NCBI GenBank assembly: GCA_035538735.1
Contig: DATLJU010000266.1
Coordinates: forward strand, 1 to 57,672
Source of the DNA: Anaeromyxobacteraceae bacterium
GTDB taxonomy: Bacteria > Myxococcota > Myxococcia > Myxococcales > Anaeromyxobacteraceae
Direction: 5' to 3'
Length of the DNA: 57,672 nucleotides
Shown here: piece by piece, positions 32,192-43,764 of the stretch
How the letters are laid out: each line of letters starts with the position of its first letter
Numbering within the stretch: position 1 is the first letter of the stretch
Position numbers and translations under genes: made by a program
The notes under the pieces: model-generated
Databases searched by the model: none
Seen by the model: only the letters and a program-made list of their open reading frames with translations
Told to the model about the DNA's origin: nothing

Positions 32192-34041
32192 CGCTGCGGG
32201 CGAAGCTCCTGCTGGCGCAGGTACCGCTCGCCCTGATGCTGGCCCTGGTGGGCGCGGCGTCGGTGAGCGCCATCGCGGCGCTCGGGCGAGGCCCGGAGCT
32301 CACGCTGAAGGACAACTACCAGAGCGTGCTCGCCGCGCAGCGCATGCTGGCGGCGGAGAAGGATCTCGACGACTTCGTGGTCGCGCGCGCGGCCGCGAGG
32401 CCGACCGACGAGGGCGTGCGCGCCGACGCGGCGACGCGCTTCGAGGCGGCGCTCCACGAGCAGGAGGGGAACGTCACCGAGCGCGGCGAGGCCGAGGCCA
32501 CCCGCGAGCTGCGGGCCCGCTGGACGAGCTACCGGCGGGCGCTCGACGAGATGCTGTCGGCTCCGGCCGCGACGCGCCTCGACCATTACTTCGACGCGTT
32601 CCTGCCCGTGGCACGGCGGCTGCGGCTCGGCGCGCGCGAGATCCTCGCCATCAACCAGGACGCGATGCAGCGCAAGGCGGACCAGGCGCGCCGCTCCGCC
32701 GAGCGCACGACCACGGTCGTGGTGGTCGCGACCGCGGCGGCGATCCTGGCGGGCCTCCTCGTCGCGGTCGGGCTCATGTCGCGCCTCCTGCGCCCACTCG
32801 CCGCGCTCTCGCACACCGTGCGGCGCATCGGCGAGGGCGACCTCGACGTGCGCGCGCCGGTGACCGGCAAGGACGAGATCGCCGCCCTCGGCGAGGAGTT
32901 CAACACGATGGCGGAGCGGCTGCGCCAGTACCGCTCGAGCTCGCTGGGGGAGCTCCTGCAGGCGCAGCAGGCCTCGCAGGCGGCCATCGACAGCCTCCCC
33001 GATCCCGTCCTGGTGGTGGACGCGACGGGCGCCGTGATCAACCTGAACGGCGCCGCCGAGGCGCTCTTCCGGCGCGGCGTCCAGCGATCGGTCGAGGCGC
33101 TCGAGCCCGAGCTGCGGGCGACCGTCGAGCGCGTGCGCGCGCACGTGCTGGGGGGCAAGGGCCCGTACCTGCCGCCCGGTTTCGAGGACGCGGTGAAGGT
33201 GGAGGGGCTCGACGGCGCGCGGATGCTGCTGCCGCGCGCGTCTCCGCTCTACTCCGAGGAGGGCGGCATCACCGGCGCCACGATCGTGCTCCAGGACGTG
33301 ACGCGCCTCATGCGGTTCGACGAGCTCAAGAACGACCTGGTCGCCACGGTCGCCCACGAGTTCCGCACGCCGCTCACGTCGCTCCGCATGGCGATCCACC
33401 TCTGCGCTGGGGAGCTGGTCGGCCCGCTCACCGAGAAGCAGGCGGAGCTCCTCTTCGCGGCGCGGCAGGACTGCGAGCGGCTGCAGTCGATCGTCGACGA
33501 CCTGCTCGATCACTCGCGCATCCAGTCGGGTCGGCTGGTCCTCACGCGGGAGGCGGTGTCACCCCATGGGCTCGTCGACACCGTGCTGGAGCAGCAGCGC
33601 GGCGCCGCGAGCGAGGCGGGCGTGGAGCTCGTCGCGCTGGCGGGTGAGCACCTCCCCCCGGTGGACGTGGATCGCGAGCGGATCGAGCTCGTCCTGTCGA
33701 ACCTCGTGGCCAACGCGGTGAAGAACACCCCCCGCGGCGGAACGATCGAGATCACGGCGGTCGAGGGTGAGGGCACCGTGCGCTTCGAGGTGAAGGACCC
33801 CGGGCCGGGCATCCCGCCCGAGTATCACGAGCGCATCTTCGAGCGGTTCTTCCGCGTCCCCGGGACGGCGTCGGGCGGGGTCGGGCTCGGGCTGTACCTC
33901 GCCCGCGAAATCGTGACCGCGCACGGAGGCCGGATCGGCGTGGAGAGCGCGCCGGGGCTGGGCAGCCGCTTCTGGTTCACCGTCCCGCGCGCCGCGGCGA
34001 AGGGCGAGGCGCGAGCGATCGCCGCAGGCGCGGTGAGCTGA
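32188..34041 (+). CDS. Membrane sensor histidine kinase (TM-sensor-TM-HAMP-PAS-HK)
   Basis: ATGA overlap with the upstream gene; HAMP DEIAALGEEFNTM; AHEFRTPL; NAVK; GLGL. Confidence 0.92.
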   Translation: MTLRAKLLLAQVPLALMLALVGAASVSAIAALGRGPELTLKDNYQSVLAAQRMLAAEKDLDDFVVARAAARPTDEGVRADAATRFEAALHEQEGNVTERGEAEATRELRARWTSYRRALDEMLSAPAATRLDHYFDAFLPVARRLRLGAREILAINQDAMQRKADQARRSAERTTTVVVVATAAAILAGLLVAVGLMSRLLRPLAALSHTVRRIGEGDLDVRAPVTGKDEIAALGEEFNTMAERLRQYRSSSLGELLQAQQASQAAIDSLPDPVLVVDATGAVINLNGAAEALFRRGVQRSVEALEPELRATVERVRAHVLGGKGPYLPPGFEDAVKVEGLDGARMLLPRASPLYSEEGGITGATIVLQDVTRLMRFDELKNDLVATVAHEFRTPLTSLRMAIHLCAGELVGPLTEKQAELLFAARQDCERLQSIVDDLLDHSRIQSGRLVLTREAVSPHGLVDTVLEQQRGAASEAGVELVALAGEHLPPVDVDRERIELVLSNLVANAVKNTPRGGTIEITAVEGEGTVRFEVKDPGPGIPPEYHERIFERFFRVPGTASGGVGLGLYLAREIVTAHGGRIGVESAPGLGSRFWFTVPRAAAKGEARAIAAGAVS

Positions 34042-34085
34042 CCCCGACCGCTAGTGCCGCTCCGCAGATCTGCTCCGCGGCACTT

Positions 34086-34185
34086 CGCGGGGAAGGCTCC
34101 GGGGCTTGCAGGAAAGCCGCAAGCCCCGGGCCCTCCCCGCGGGCCCTACCGGGGGAGGCGGGGCGCCGCCTCCCCCGAACCCCCA
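34086..34185. repeat. Intergenic GC-rich palindromes between convergent genes
   Basis: CCGGGGCTTGC...GCAAGCCCCGG and GGGGGAGGCGG...CCGCCTCCCCC. Confidence 0.5.
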
Positions 34186-34230
34186 CCCGCGCGGCGCGCG
34201 CCCGGTGGGCTCATTCTTCGACGCGCGCCG

Positions 34231-35580
34231 CTAGCGGCCCCACTTCTTCCGCTTCCGCCACAGCGTCGAACCGTCGATCCCGAGGATCCGCGCCGCCTCC
34301 TCCATGGTCGAGGTGTGCGCCATGACGCGCAGGGCGTGCTCGCGCTCGATCTCCTCGACCGTGAAGTTTCCGCCCAGCCCGGGAGCGTCGCTGGCGCTCG
34401 CCGCGATGCGCTCGGGGAAGGACTCCGGCTCGAGGACCTGCCCGGGCACCAGGATGAGGGCGCGCTCGATCGCGTTCCGCAACTCGCGCACGTTGCCGGG
34501 CCAGGGATAGGCGACGAGCAGCTTCTCGGTCGCGGCGGAGAGCTCGGCCGGTGGACGTGCGGCCTGGCGCGCGAAGAAATCGACGAAGCCGCGGGCGAGG
34601 GGGAGGATGTCCTCGGCGCGCTCGCGCAGCGGGGGTACCACGATCTCCATCACGTTGAGGCGGTAGAGGAGGTCCTCGCGGAAGCGGCCCGCCTTGACCT
34701 CGGCGTCGAGGTCGCGGTTCGTCGCGGCCACGATGCGGACGTCGGCCGTCCGCGTGCGGGTCTCGCCCACGCGCTCGAAGCGCTTCTCCTGGAGGAACCG
34801 GAGTAGCTTCGCCTGCAGCGCCGGCGAGATCTCGCCGATCTCGTCGAGGAACACCGTCCCGCCCTCGGCCGCCTCGACGCGCCCCTCCTGGTCGCGCACC
34901 GCGCCCGTGAACGCGCCGCGGGCGTGACCGAACAGCTCGCTCGCGAGGAGCTCCTCGGAGAGCGTCGGGCAGTTCACCACCACGAACGGTCGGTCGCGGC
35001 GCGGGCTCTGCGCGTGCAGCGCCCGAGCGAGCACGCCCTTGCCCGTGCCGTTCTCCCCGCGCAGGAGCACTCCCACGTCGTGGCTCGCGGCGCGCGCCAC
35101 GACGTCCAGGACCGCCTGCATGCGCGTCGACTTCGTCTCGAGGCGCGCCTCGGGCGTCGCCTCCTCGAGCCGCGCCTCCAGCTCCCCGAGGCGAAGCGTC
35201 AGCGCGCGCCGCTCGCGGGCGCGGTCGACGAGGTGGCGTATCTGCGGAGGCGTGAACGGCTTCGGGAGGTAGTCCTTCGCCCCCCGGCGCATCGCCTCGA
35301 CCGCCGTGTCCACCGTCGCGTAGGCGGTGATGATGACGACGTCGAGTCCCGGCCGCTCGCCGAGGAGCCGGGGCAGCAGATCGAGCCCGCTATCGCCCCC
35401 CAGCTTGAGATCGCAGAAGGCGAGGTCGAACGGCTCGCGCCGCAGCGCGTCCACCGCCGCCGCCCCGGTCGCCACCTGCTCGACCTTGCAGCCGAACCCT
35501 TCGAGGCAGATGGCGAGCGTCTGGCGGATGTTCCGCTCGTCGTCGATGACGAGGACGCGCAGCGGCAGCATGTCGGCCAT
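34231..35580 (-). CDS. NtrC-family sigma54 response regulator
   Basis: Receiver VIDDE...[36 protein letters not shown]. Confidence 0.94.
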   Translation of the reverse strand: MADMLPLRVLVIDDERNIRQTLAICLEGFGCKVEQVATGAAAVDALRREPFDLAFCDLKLGGDSGLDLLPRLLGERPGLDVVIITAYATVDTAVEAMRRGAKDYLPKPFTPPQIRHLVDRARERRALTLRLGELEARLEEATPEARLETKSTRMQAVLDVVARAASHDVGVLLRGENGTGKGVLARALHAQSPRRDRPFVVVNCPTLSEELLASELFGHARGAFTGAVRDQEGRVEAAEGGTVFLDEIGEISPALQAKLLRFLQEKRFERVGETRTRTADVRIVAATNRDLDAEVKAGRFREDLLYRLNVMEIVVPPLRERAEDILPLARGFVDFFARQAARPPAELSAATEKLLVAYPWPGNVRELRNAIERALILVPGQVLEPESFPERIAASASDAPGLGGNFTVEEIEREHALRVMAHTSTMEEAARILGIDGSTLWRKRKKWGR

Positions 35581-35656
35581 GCCCCATCCTTGCAGAACGT
35601 CCTATCGCGCGACAGGGGGCATTCGGCGACCGCGGACCCGCACGTTCGCCCGCCGC

Positions 35657-35797
35657 CTACGCGAACTTGCGTGCGTCGAGCGTCTCTCCCTGCGAACTTC
35701 CCTCGCTGCCGGCCCGCACGATCTCGTGCCTCGGCGCGAGGGCATCCGCGACGGCCTTGCCGATGGTCCCGCTAGCGCCGATGACGACGATCTTCAT
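35657..35797 (-). pseudogene. Truncated short-chain dehydrogenase (N-terminal Rossmann motif only)
   Basis: MKIVVIGASGTIGKAVADALAPRHEIVRAG then unrelated tail and stop at 46 aa. Confidence 0.7.
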
Positions 35798-35856
35798 GGC
35801 GGACCTCGGCCCCAAGGCCCACCGCGGACCCTCGCGCGCACGCCCCGCCGCCCTTG

Positions 35857-36030
35857 CTACTTACGCTCGGCTGGCGGCGTCCCGCCACCCTCGCTCTTCG
35901 TCTTCCCCTCCTTGCCCGCGCCGCGCTGGCGCTCGCCGGCGGCCTCTCGCTCCCGCTTCGCGTCCTCCTCCTCCATCTGATGGATGCGTTCCTCGAGGGC
36001 GTGGAAGCCGCCCTTCTTCTGTTCGGCCAT
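35857..36030 (-). CDS. Small charged hypothetical protein (57 aa, absent from ORF track)
   Basis: GAGGAGG RBS then MAEQKKGGFHALEERIHQMEEEDAKRERE... Confidence 0.6.
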   Translation of the reverse strand: MAEQKKGGFHALEERIHQMEEEDAKREREAAGERQRGAGKEGKTKSEGGGTPPAERK

Positions 36031-36184
36031 GACATCCTCCTCGACTGCATGGTGCGCCTCGTCCGCCGGCGGTGTGGAGCCCCGTACGGCGGAACCCGGA
36101 GGCCCGGGAATCTCCTCGGCTCTCGGCCTTCAAGGCACGGGACAGAGTGCGCACCGGCTCCCGCGCAGGTACGATGCGACACGG

Positions 36185-36622
36185 ATGGACCCAGGCGCCA
36201 TGTGGACGCTCGAGCCGCGCTGCGCGACGGCGCGCGCCGCCGCCGCGGCCGCGTACCTCGTCGCCGTCGCCCTGCTGGTGGTGTTGCAGGAGCTGGGGGT
36301 CAAGCTTCGGCGCGAGGAGGCGCGCGCCTGGTGGGCGGGCAGCGGCCGCGACCTCCTCAACGCGGTGGGCTTCGCCTCGGTGGCCGCGTCGTTGCGCGCC
36401 TATGGCTTCCCGCTCGCAGCGGCGCTCGCCACCGCCGGCACCCTGACGCTGGCGCTCTTCGGCACGTCCGTGTTCATGGATCGCCAGGACCGGATCGTGC
36501 GCCGCCGCGCGTGGGCGCTGCTGGCGGCGCTCACGTTGGCGCTGCCGGTGCTCCTCTTCCCGGCCGAGCTCCTCGCCGCGCTCGGGCGCGTGGCGGGCCG
36601 CCTCTTCCCCCTCGTGGGCTGA
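36185..36622 (+). CDS. Hypothetical membrane protein
   Basis: About four hydrophobic segments; start at 36185 or 36200. Confidence 0.7.
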   Translation: MDPGAMWTLEPRCATARAAAAAAYLVAVALLVVLQELGVKLRREEARAWWAGSGRDLLNAVGFASVAASLRAYGFPLAAALATAGTLTLALFGTSVFMDRQDRIVRRRAWALLAALTLALPVLLFPAELLAALGRVAGRLFPLVG

Positions 36623-36651
36623 AAAAAAAGAGGCCGCCCGAAGGCGGCCTC
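36622..36651 (-). terminator. Rho-independent terminator of groESL
   Basis: GAGGCCGCC-CGAA-GGCGGCCTC with an A8 tract (U8 on minus strand). Confidence 0.85.
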
Positions 36652-36680
36652 CCGTGAACGGTGCGTGTGCAGGCGCGGGC

Positions 36681-38679
<1,999 letters not shown>

Positions 38680-38746
38680 GGACTCCTCCTTCGTTGGATG
38701 CGGTGGCCCGCGACCGGGGCCGCCCGACTGGGAAAAGGGAACGTCG

Positions 38747-38773
38747 TTAGCAGTCCGCCAGGCGGACTGCCAA
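38747..38773 (-). promoter_or_regulatory. CIRCE (HrcA operator)
   Basis: TTAGCAGTC-N9-GACTGCCAA vs consensus TTAGCACTC-N9-GAGTGCTAA. Confidence 0.85.
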
Positions 38774-38784
38774 CGACGCGGCGT

Positions 38785-38812
38785 ACTTTAACCACGGCCG
38801 ATCACCTGTCAA
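38785..38812 (-). promoter_or_regulatory. Sigma70 promoter of groESL
   Basis: Minus strand TTGACA-N16-TAAAGT directly upstream of the CIRCE. Confidence 0.75.
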
Positions 38813-38883
38813 GCGAGGTGGGCCGGCCCGCGAGGGACACGCCCTTGCACGGGAATTCGGCTTCCGCTGGCAGTCGACCCGCG

Positions 38884-38910
38884 CTGGCGCTCGTCGCGGC
38901 CGACTGCCAA
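38884..38910. promoter_or_regulatory. Second, weaker CIRCE-like element
   Basis: CTGGCGCTC-N9-GACTGCCAA. Confidence 0.55.
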
Positions 38911-39031
38911 ATGCCGTGGAATGGCGGGGTGTTGAGGGTTCGTCCCGCGGCGGTTACTCTTCTGGTGGGGCGTCCGGCTCGACGGTAGGCCGCTGGGCCG
39001 ACGGACCTGGTGCGGCGGAGGCTGGACCCAC

Positions 39032-39643
39032 GTGAGCGAGAGGATCGTCGTCGGCAAGAGCGCGCAGGAGTACTTCCGGGAGGTGGTGTCGGAGAGTCTC
39101 GCACAGCGTCGGTTGCACGTCGGCGAGGCGACGGAGTTCTACCTGGTGAACCTCCTCGCCGAGCGGCTGCGGGGCGACCGCCGGGGCGCGGGGGCGCGCG
39201 AGGAGGCGAACGAGCCGCTCGCGCTCATGCTGAAGCGCGCGCTCGAGGGCGATCGCGAGGCGCGCTGGCGCAACCTCAAGCAGCTCGGGGATACGTCGCT
39301 CTTCGTGTCCGGTTTCTTCGGCGACTCGCTCTCGCGCTCGCTCGTCGACGTCAACTACTACATCGCGATGGGCGAGCGGGCCTACGACGCGCTCTCGGAG
39401 GAGCCGCGCGGCCCGTCGGGCGCCCACGCGCTCTTCGCCGAGCTCGCGGAGCGGTTCCCCCAGCTCGTGGATCTGCTGGCGGAGATCGCGGAGCTCTCCG
39501 AGCTGCGATCGAACCGCGGTCTCCTCCGCCTGTACGACCGGTTCCTCGCCACGGGCTCGGAGCGGATCGCGCGGCAGCTCCGCGAGCGCGGGGTGGCGCT
39601 CTTCGCGGGCCCCAGCCGGCTGCCCCGCAACCTCAAGCAGTGA
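39032..39643 (+). CDS. Hypothetical protein
   Basis: Strong coding bias; FYLVNLL, LGDTSLFVSGFF, DVNYYIAMG..AY. Confidence 0.8.
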   Translation: MSERIVVGKSAQEYFREVVSESLAQRRLHVGEATEFYLVNLLAERLRGDRRGAGAREEANEPLALMLKRALEGDREARWRNLKQLGDTSLFVSGFFGDSLSRSLVDVNYYIAMGERAYDALSEEPRGPSGAHALFAELAERFPQLVDLLAEIAELSELRSNRGLLRLYDRFLATGSERIARQLRERGVALFAGPSRLPRNLKQ

Positions 39644-40305
39644 CGGTCGTGACGATCCCCTTCTTCCAGGCGGAGCTCGAGGCCATCTACGGCGTGCGGG
39701 CGCCGGCCGTAGAGGACTTCCTCGTCGATCGCGCCGGCGCGCGCGCCGCCGCCGGCGAGCCTCGCGCGCCCGAGGCGCTGCTCGTGCGCGAGTCGGAGGA
39801 GGGGCTCGAGCTCGGGCTGTTCCTGGCGGAGGACGTGCTGTTCGCCGCCCGCGCCGCCGATCCGCACGACCGGCGTCCGCTCCTCACCGCGCCCGAGGTC
39901 CTGCCGCGGCTCGCCTGCGCCGCCGAGGGCGTCTCGCACTTCGTCTACCTCGCGACGCGCGCCGCCGCGGGGCGGTCGGTGTCGCTCCTCGAGCTGGAGG
40001 TCCAGGCCGAGGTCGACACCTGGGCCTTGCTCGTCCTGCACCTGTGGCGGCGAGGGCACCGGGGAGCCTCGCGCGCCCTGCGCCGGCGGTTGTTCGAGCG
40101 AGTCGGCTATCACCCGCACCTGGGCCCCGACGAGCTGCAGCGCTATCGGCTCGCGAACCGCCTGGCGGGCGGCTACGCGCGGTGGCTGGAGGCGCGCTAC
40201 GTGGACGACGCCGACGCCGACGGGCTCATGCGCGAGCTGCGCCAGAGCTACCGGATGGGCGGTGCGGAGAAGTTGGGGTACCTGGGGGCGAGGGCGCTGT
40301 CGTGA
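39640..40305 (+). CDS. Hypothetical protein with possible zincin-like motif
   Basis: GTGA overlap with the upstream stop; EGVSHFVYL...LELEVQAEVD. Confidence 0.75.
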   Translation: MTVVTIPFFQAELEAIYGVRAPAVEDFLVDRAGARAAAGEPRAPEALLVRESEEGLELGLFLAEDVLFAARAADPHDRRPLLTAPEVLPRLACAAEGVSHFVYLATRAAAGRSVSLLELEVQAEVDTWALLVLHLWRRGHRGASRALRRRLFERVGYHPHLGPDELQRYRLANRLAGGYARWLEARYVDDADADGLMRELRQSYRMGGAEKLGYLGARALS

Positions 40306-40329
40306 GGCGCGCGGCGCCCAGCGCCCGCC

Positions 40330-40354
40330 GGCGGGGGACGAGCCCCCGACCTAC
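40330..40354 (-). repeat. GTAG-type REP overlapping the rpoZ stop
   Basis: Minus strand GTAGGTCGGGGGCTCGTCCCCCGCC. Confidence 0.75.
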
Positions 40355-40617
40355 TTCAGGGTCCGGGTCTGGCCGGCACCGATGCTGACCTTCTCCTGGT
40401 CGAACTTGCCAGAGAGGGCGTCGCGCACCGAGCGGTCGAAGCGGACCTTGCTCGTCGCGATCTCACGCAGCGCGAGCACGGCCGGCTTGTTCTTCGACTG
40501 CGGGAGGAGCGGCCGGGCGCCCGCCATGAGCTGGCGGGTACGCTTGGTGGCGAGGAGGACGAGCGCGAAGCGGTTGTCCACCATCGGCAGGCAGTCTTCT
40601 ACGGTGACGCGGGCCAT
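40351..40617 (-). CDS. rpoZ: RNA polymerase omega subunit
   Basis: [24 protein letters not shown]...ALREIA. Confidence 0.95.
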   Translation of the reverse strand: MARVTVEDCLPMVDNRFALVLLATKRTRQLMAGARPLLPQSKNKPAVLALREIATSKVRFDRSVRDALSGKFDQEKVSIGAGQTRTLK

Positions 40618-40648
40618 TCGGGTTCTCCGGAAAGCGAAAGGGCGGACT

Positions 40649-41239
40649 CTAAGGGGGTGGGCTCCCCGCGTCAACGCCCGCGTCGGGCGGGGGAGGGGGC
40701 GGCTGCTCGAGGTCCTTGCGGCCGCGGGCGACGCGCCAGGCGATCTCCCCGTCGACCAGGGCCACCGTCCCGTCGCCCGCCCGCACGAAGCGCGTGCCGT
40801 CGTAGGCGTTCTCGGCGCCCACGGCCAGCGTCGCCTGACCACCGCCCTCGAGCGCGAGGGTGACCTGCGCCTCGGGGCGCGCGAGCCCGTACCGCTCGAG
40901 CGCCGGCCCGTCCGCGGGCGAGAGCACCGCCTTCCTCTTCGCCTTCGCGACCGCCTCGACGAGGCCGTCCACGACGTGGCGCTGTGCCGGCGCGGGCCGG
41001 TCGCCCTCGATCCGCCAGCCGTCGGCCGTGCGAGCGAGCACGGTCGTCTCGCCGTTCCCCTGGAGCGTGACGCCCTTCACCTGCGCCGGCTCGAACGAGA
41101 ACAGCCGCTCGCCGGCCGCCTTGCGCGCCGCCTCCGCCGCGTCCTTCCGCGCCACGCCGAACCAGGCGAAGGCGACCGCGCCCGCCGCGACGGCGAGGAG
41201 GACGAGAGACGAGAGCAAGGTGCGGGTCCGCGCGACCAT
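40649..41239 (-). CDS. DUF4340-like exported protein of the ABC cluster
   Basis: N-terminal [11 protein letters not shown] motif, position after GldG-like gene. Confidence 0.75.
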   Translation of the reverse strand: MVARTRTLLSSLVLLAVAAGAVAFAWFGVARKDAAEAARKAAGERLFSFEPAQVKGVTLQGNGETTVLARTADGWRIEGDRPAPAQRHVVDGLVEAVAKAKRKAVLSPADGPALERYGLARPEAQVTLALEGGGQATLAVGAENAYDGTRFVRAGDGTVALVDGEIAWRVARGRKDLEQPPPPPPDAGVDAGSPPP

Positions 41240-41243
41240 GTCG

Positions 41244-42782
41244 CTACCGCGACCTCCGCACCATCCACACCGCGAGCCCCACGGCCAACAGCGCCACCGG
41301 GAGGACGTCCACCGACAGGAACTTGAGCGTGGTCGCCTGCGCGTCGGTGAGCATGACGAGCGAGGCCTCGCGGCTCCTCGGCCGGATGGTGATGCGGTCC
41401 TCCTGCTCGGCGAGCCACGAGAGCGCGTTCATGGCGAAGTCGCGGTTCCCGCCCAGCTGGAGGTACTGGTTCGTGAAGAAGTCGGCGTCGCCCGCCGCGA
41501 CGAGCCGCGCCGGCCCGCGCTCCTTGTCCGGAGACGGCTTCTCGGCCGCCATGGCGAGCGGGAGCGGCCCGCCCTTCTCGCCCTCGTCGCGCCGGGCCTG
41601 CCCGCGCTCGAACACGCCCTTGAGGTCCGTCTCGCCCCACGCCTCGCTGCCCGTGAGCGCGAGCGGGGTGGGCGTGACGTCCGCCTTCGTGAGCGCCACC
41701 AGGGAGCGGGCGGTGGGGAGGACGAGCGCGGTGTCGGCGAGCTCGCGCGAGATGGGGTGCGCGCCCGAGGGCAGCGCGATGGGCGAAACGGGCGACCCGA
41801 GCAGCTGCGCCGCGGGGGAGGGGTCCACCACGACGTCGTCGTCGGCCTGCACGCCAAAGCGCGCCAGGAGGCGATCGAGCCCGGCGTCCACCTCCGGCTC
41901 GAGGAAGAGGCCCAGGTGCCCGCCTCGGTCCGCGTACCCGTCGAGCAGCTTCAGCTCCGTCGGGAGGAGCGGCTTGCGCGCGCCCGCCACCACCAGCACG
42001 GAGGCATCGGCCGGCACCTGGCCCTGCTCGGCCAGGGACAGCGCCGCGACGTCGTAGCCCTCTGCCTGCAGCGACTTCGAGATCTGCCCGTAGCCGCGCG
42101 GCTCCTGCGAGAAGGGATCTGGCTCGCCGTGCCCGGAGAGGAAGTAGATCTTGCGCGTGCCATGCCGCGTCACCTTGACGAGGGCGTTCGTGACGCCCTG
42201 CTCGTCGGCGGCGGAGGCGGGCGCCTTCTGGTCGCCGGCCAGGAGCAGGATGCGCGGGCCGCCCGAGACGACGCCGTAGGTGCGCGCCTTCTCCGGGGTC
42301 TTGTACGGATCGACCATCTCGAAGGTGAAGCGCGGGGTCACCGCGGCGTAGCGCTCGAGGAGCGCGCGCGCCTGGGCGTAGCCTTCCTCGTCGAGGCGGT
42401 AGACCGCGACGGCCCGGACGTCGGTCTTCAGCCCCTTCAGCGTGCGGAGCGTGTCCTCCTGCAGCGTGAAGATGCGGTTCTTGGTGAGGTCCCAGCTCTT
42501 CGGGCGCTGGTAGGCGACCCAGTTGGCGGCGCCGAGCGCGACCACCAGCGCGAGCGCCGAGACCGCGGTGACGGTCCCGAAGTGGAGCGCGCGGCCGGTG
42601 AAGAACCGCCGCAGCCCGCCCGACTCGCCCAGCGCGAAGGAGGCCGCGATGAGGGCGGCGCCGAGGACGAGCTTCCCCACGAGGAAGCGGGTGTTGCCGA
42701 AGAAGAGGGTGACGACGCTCGTCACCACCAGGACGAGGCCGATGGCGCCGGCGACGCGGGAGAGGATGGGCTTCTTCATCAT
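41244..42782 (-). CDS. GldG-family ABC transporter auxiliary protein
   Basis: WDLTKNRIFTL, IYFLSGHGE, GDADFF, NRDFAMNALSWL, terminal TM. Confidence 0.88.
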   Translation of the reverse strand: MMKKPILSRVAGAIGLVLVVTSVVTLFFGNTRFLVGKLVLGAALIAASFALGESGGLRRFFTGRALHFGTVTAVSALALVVALGAANWVAYQRPKSWDLTKNRIFTLQEDTLRTLKGLKTDVRAVAVYRLDEEGYAQARALLERYAAVTPRFTFEMVDPYKTPEKARTYGVVSGGPRILLLAGDQKAPASAADEQGVTNALVKVTRHGTRKIYFLSGHGEPDPFSQEPRGYGQISKSLQAEGYDVAALSLAEQGQVPADASVLVVAGARKPLLPTELKLLDGYADRGGHLGLFLEPEVDAGLDRLLARFGVQADDDVVVDPSPAAQLLGSPVSPIALPSGAHPISRELADTALVLPTARSLVALTKADVTPTPLALTGSEAWGETDLKGVFERGQARRDEGEKGGPLPLAMAAEKPSPDKERGPARLVAAGDADFFTNQYLQLGGNRDFAMNALSWLAEQEDRITIRPRSREASLVMLTDAQATTLKFLSVDVLPVALLAVGLAVWMVRRSR

Positions 42783-42788
42783 CGCTCA

Positions 42789-42950
42789 GAGCCTGTGAGG
42801 GAATCCCCGGACCGAGCCGGGCGAGCGAGACGCGAGCAGCGCGAGGCGCGACGACCGAGCATAGCCAGAGGCTATGTGAGGGAGGAGCAACGAAGCGATG
42901 CGACGCGGATCGCTCGACTCGGCGATGGGAGGGGATTTCTTCACAGGCTC
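42789..42950. mobile_element. MITE (162 bp) with 20-bp imperfect TIRs and 3-bp TCA target duplication
   Basis: GAGCCTGTGAGGGAATCCCC / GGGGATTTCTTCACAGGCTC; TCA at 42786-42788 and 42951-42953; internal hairpin CATAGCC-AGA-GGCTATG. Confidence 0.8.
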
Positions 42951-43745
42951 TCAGGCCCAGCGGTGTCCCTCGACGGCGCGGTCGGTCAGCCACAGCCCGA
43001 GCGCGACGAACGAGAGGTAGTAGACGACGTCCTTCAGCTCGATCCGCCCTTGCAGGAAGGGCATGAGGTGCTCGGAGGCGCTCATCCCGGAGGCGAAGTC
43101 GCGCAGCGGCCCCTCCGCGCCGACGGTGAAGAGGGTCACCACCCACAGCGCGAGCAGGACGATGAGCGAGACGAGCGCGGCCACGATGACCGACTCGGTG
43201 AGCGCCGACACGAACAGCCCCACCGCCATGCACATGGCGCCGAGCAGGAAGAGGCCGAGGAGCCCGGTCGCGACCGTCTGCCACTCGACGGCCGAGCCGC
43301 CCTGCGCCCCCTTCGCGAAGAGCGACAGCAGCGCCGGGAAGAGCGCCACGATCCCGATCGACACCGCCATGACCGCCAGCGCGGCGAGGTACTTGCCGGC
43401 CACGATCTCGAAGGGTCGCACGGGCGACGTCATGAGCAGCTCGAACGTGCGCGCGCGCTTCTCGTCGGCGAGGAGCCGCATCGAGAGGAAGGGTGCGGAG
43501 ATGACGATGAAGACGCCCACCGAGCCGAAGAGCCGCGACACGACGACGTCGGTGAGGTTGAGCCGCTCCAGGACGCCCTGCGCCTCGTAGGGCGAGACGC
43601 GCATGACGAAGGTGCGGTAGGCGTCGACCGACCCGGTGAAGAACTGGGCGGCGAAGAACGCCATCACCATGAACGCCACGTAGGCGATGGGCGTCGTGAA
43701 GTAGACCTGCAGCTCCTTGCGGGCGAGGGCGAGCGCGCTGCGCAT
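42951..43745 (-). CDS. ABC-2 permease, GldF-like
   Basis: KELQVYFTTPIAY, SMRLLADEK...ELLMTSPV...GKY. Confidence 0.9.
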   Translation of the reverse strand: MRSALALARKELQVYFTTPIAYVAFMVMAFFAAQFFTGSVDAYRTFVMRVSPYEAQGVLERLNLTDVVVSRLFGSVGVFIVISAPFLSMRLLADEKRARTFELLMTSPVRPFEIVAGKYLAALAVMAVSIGIVALFPALLSLFAKGAQGGSAVEWQTVATGLLGLFLLGAMCMAVGLFVSALTESVIVAALVSLIVLLALWVVTLFTVGAEGPLRDFASGMSASEHLMPFLQGRIELKDVVYYLSFVALGLWLTDRAVEGHRWA

Positions 43746-43764
43746 GAGTTCTCCCGAGGTTCGC

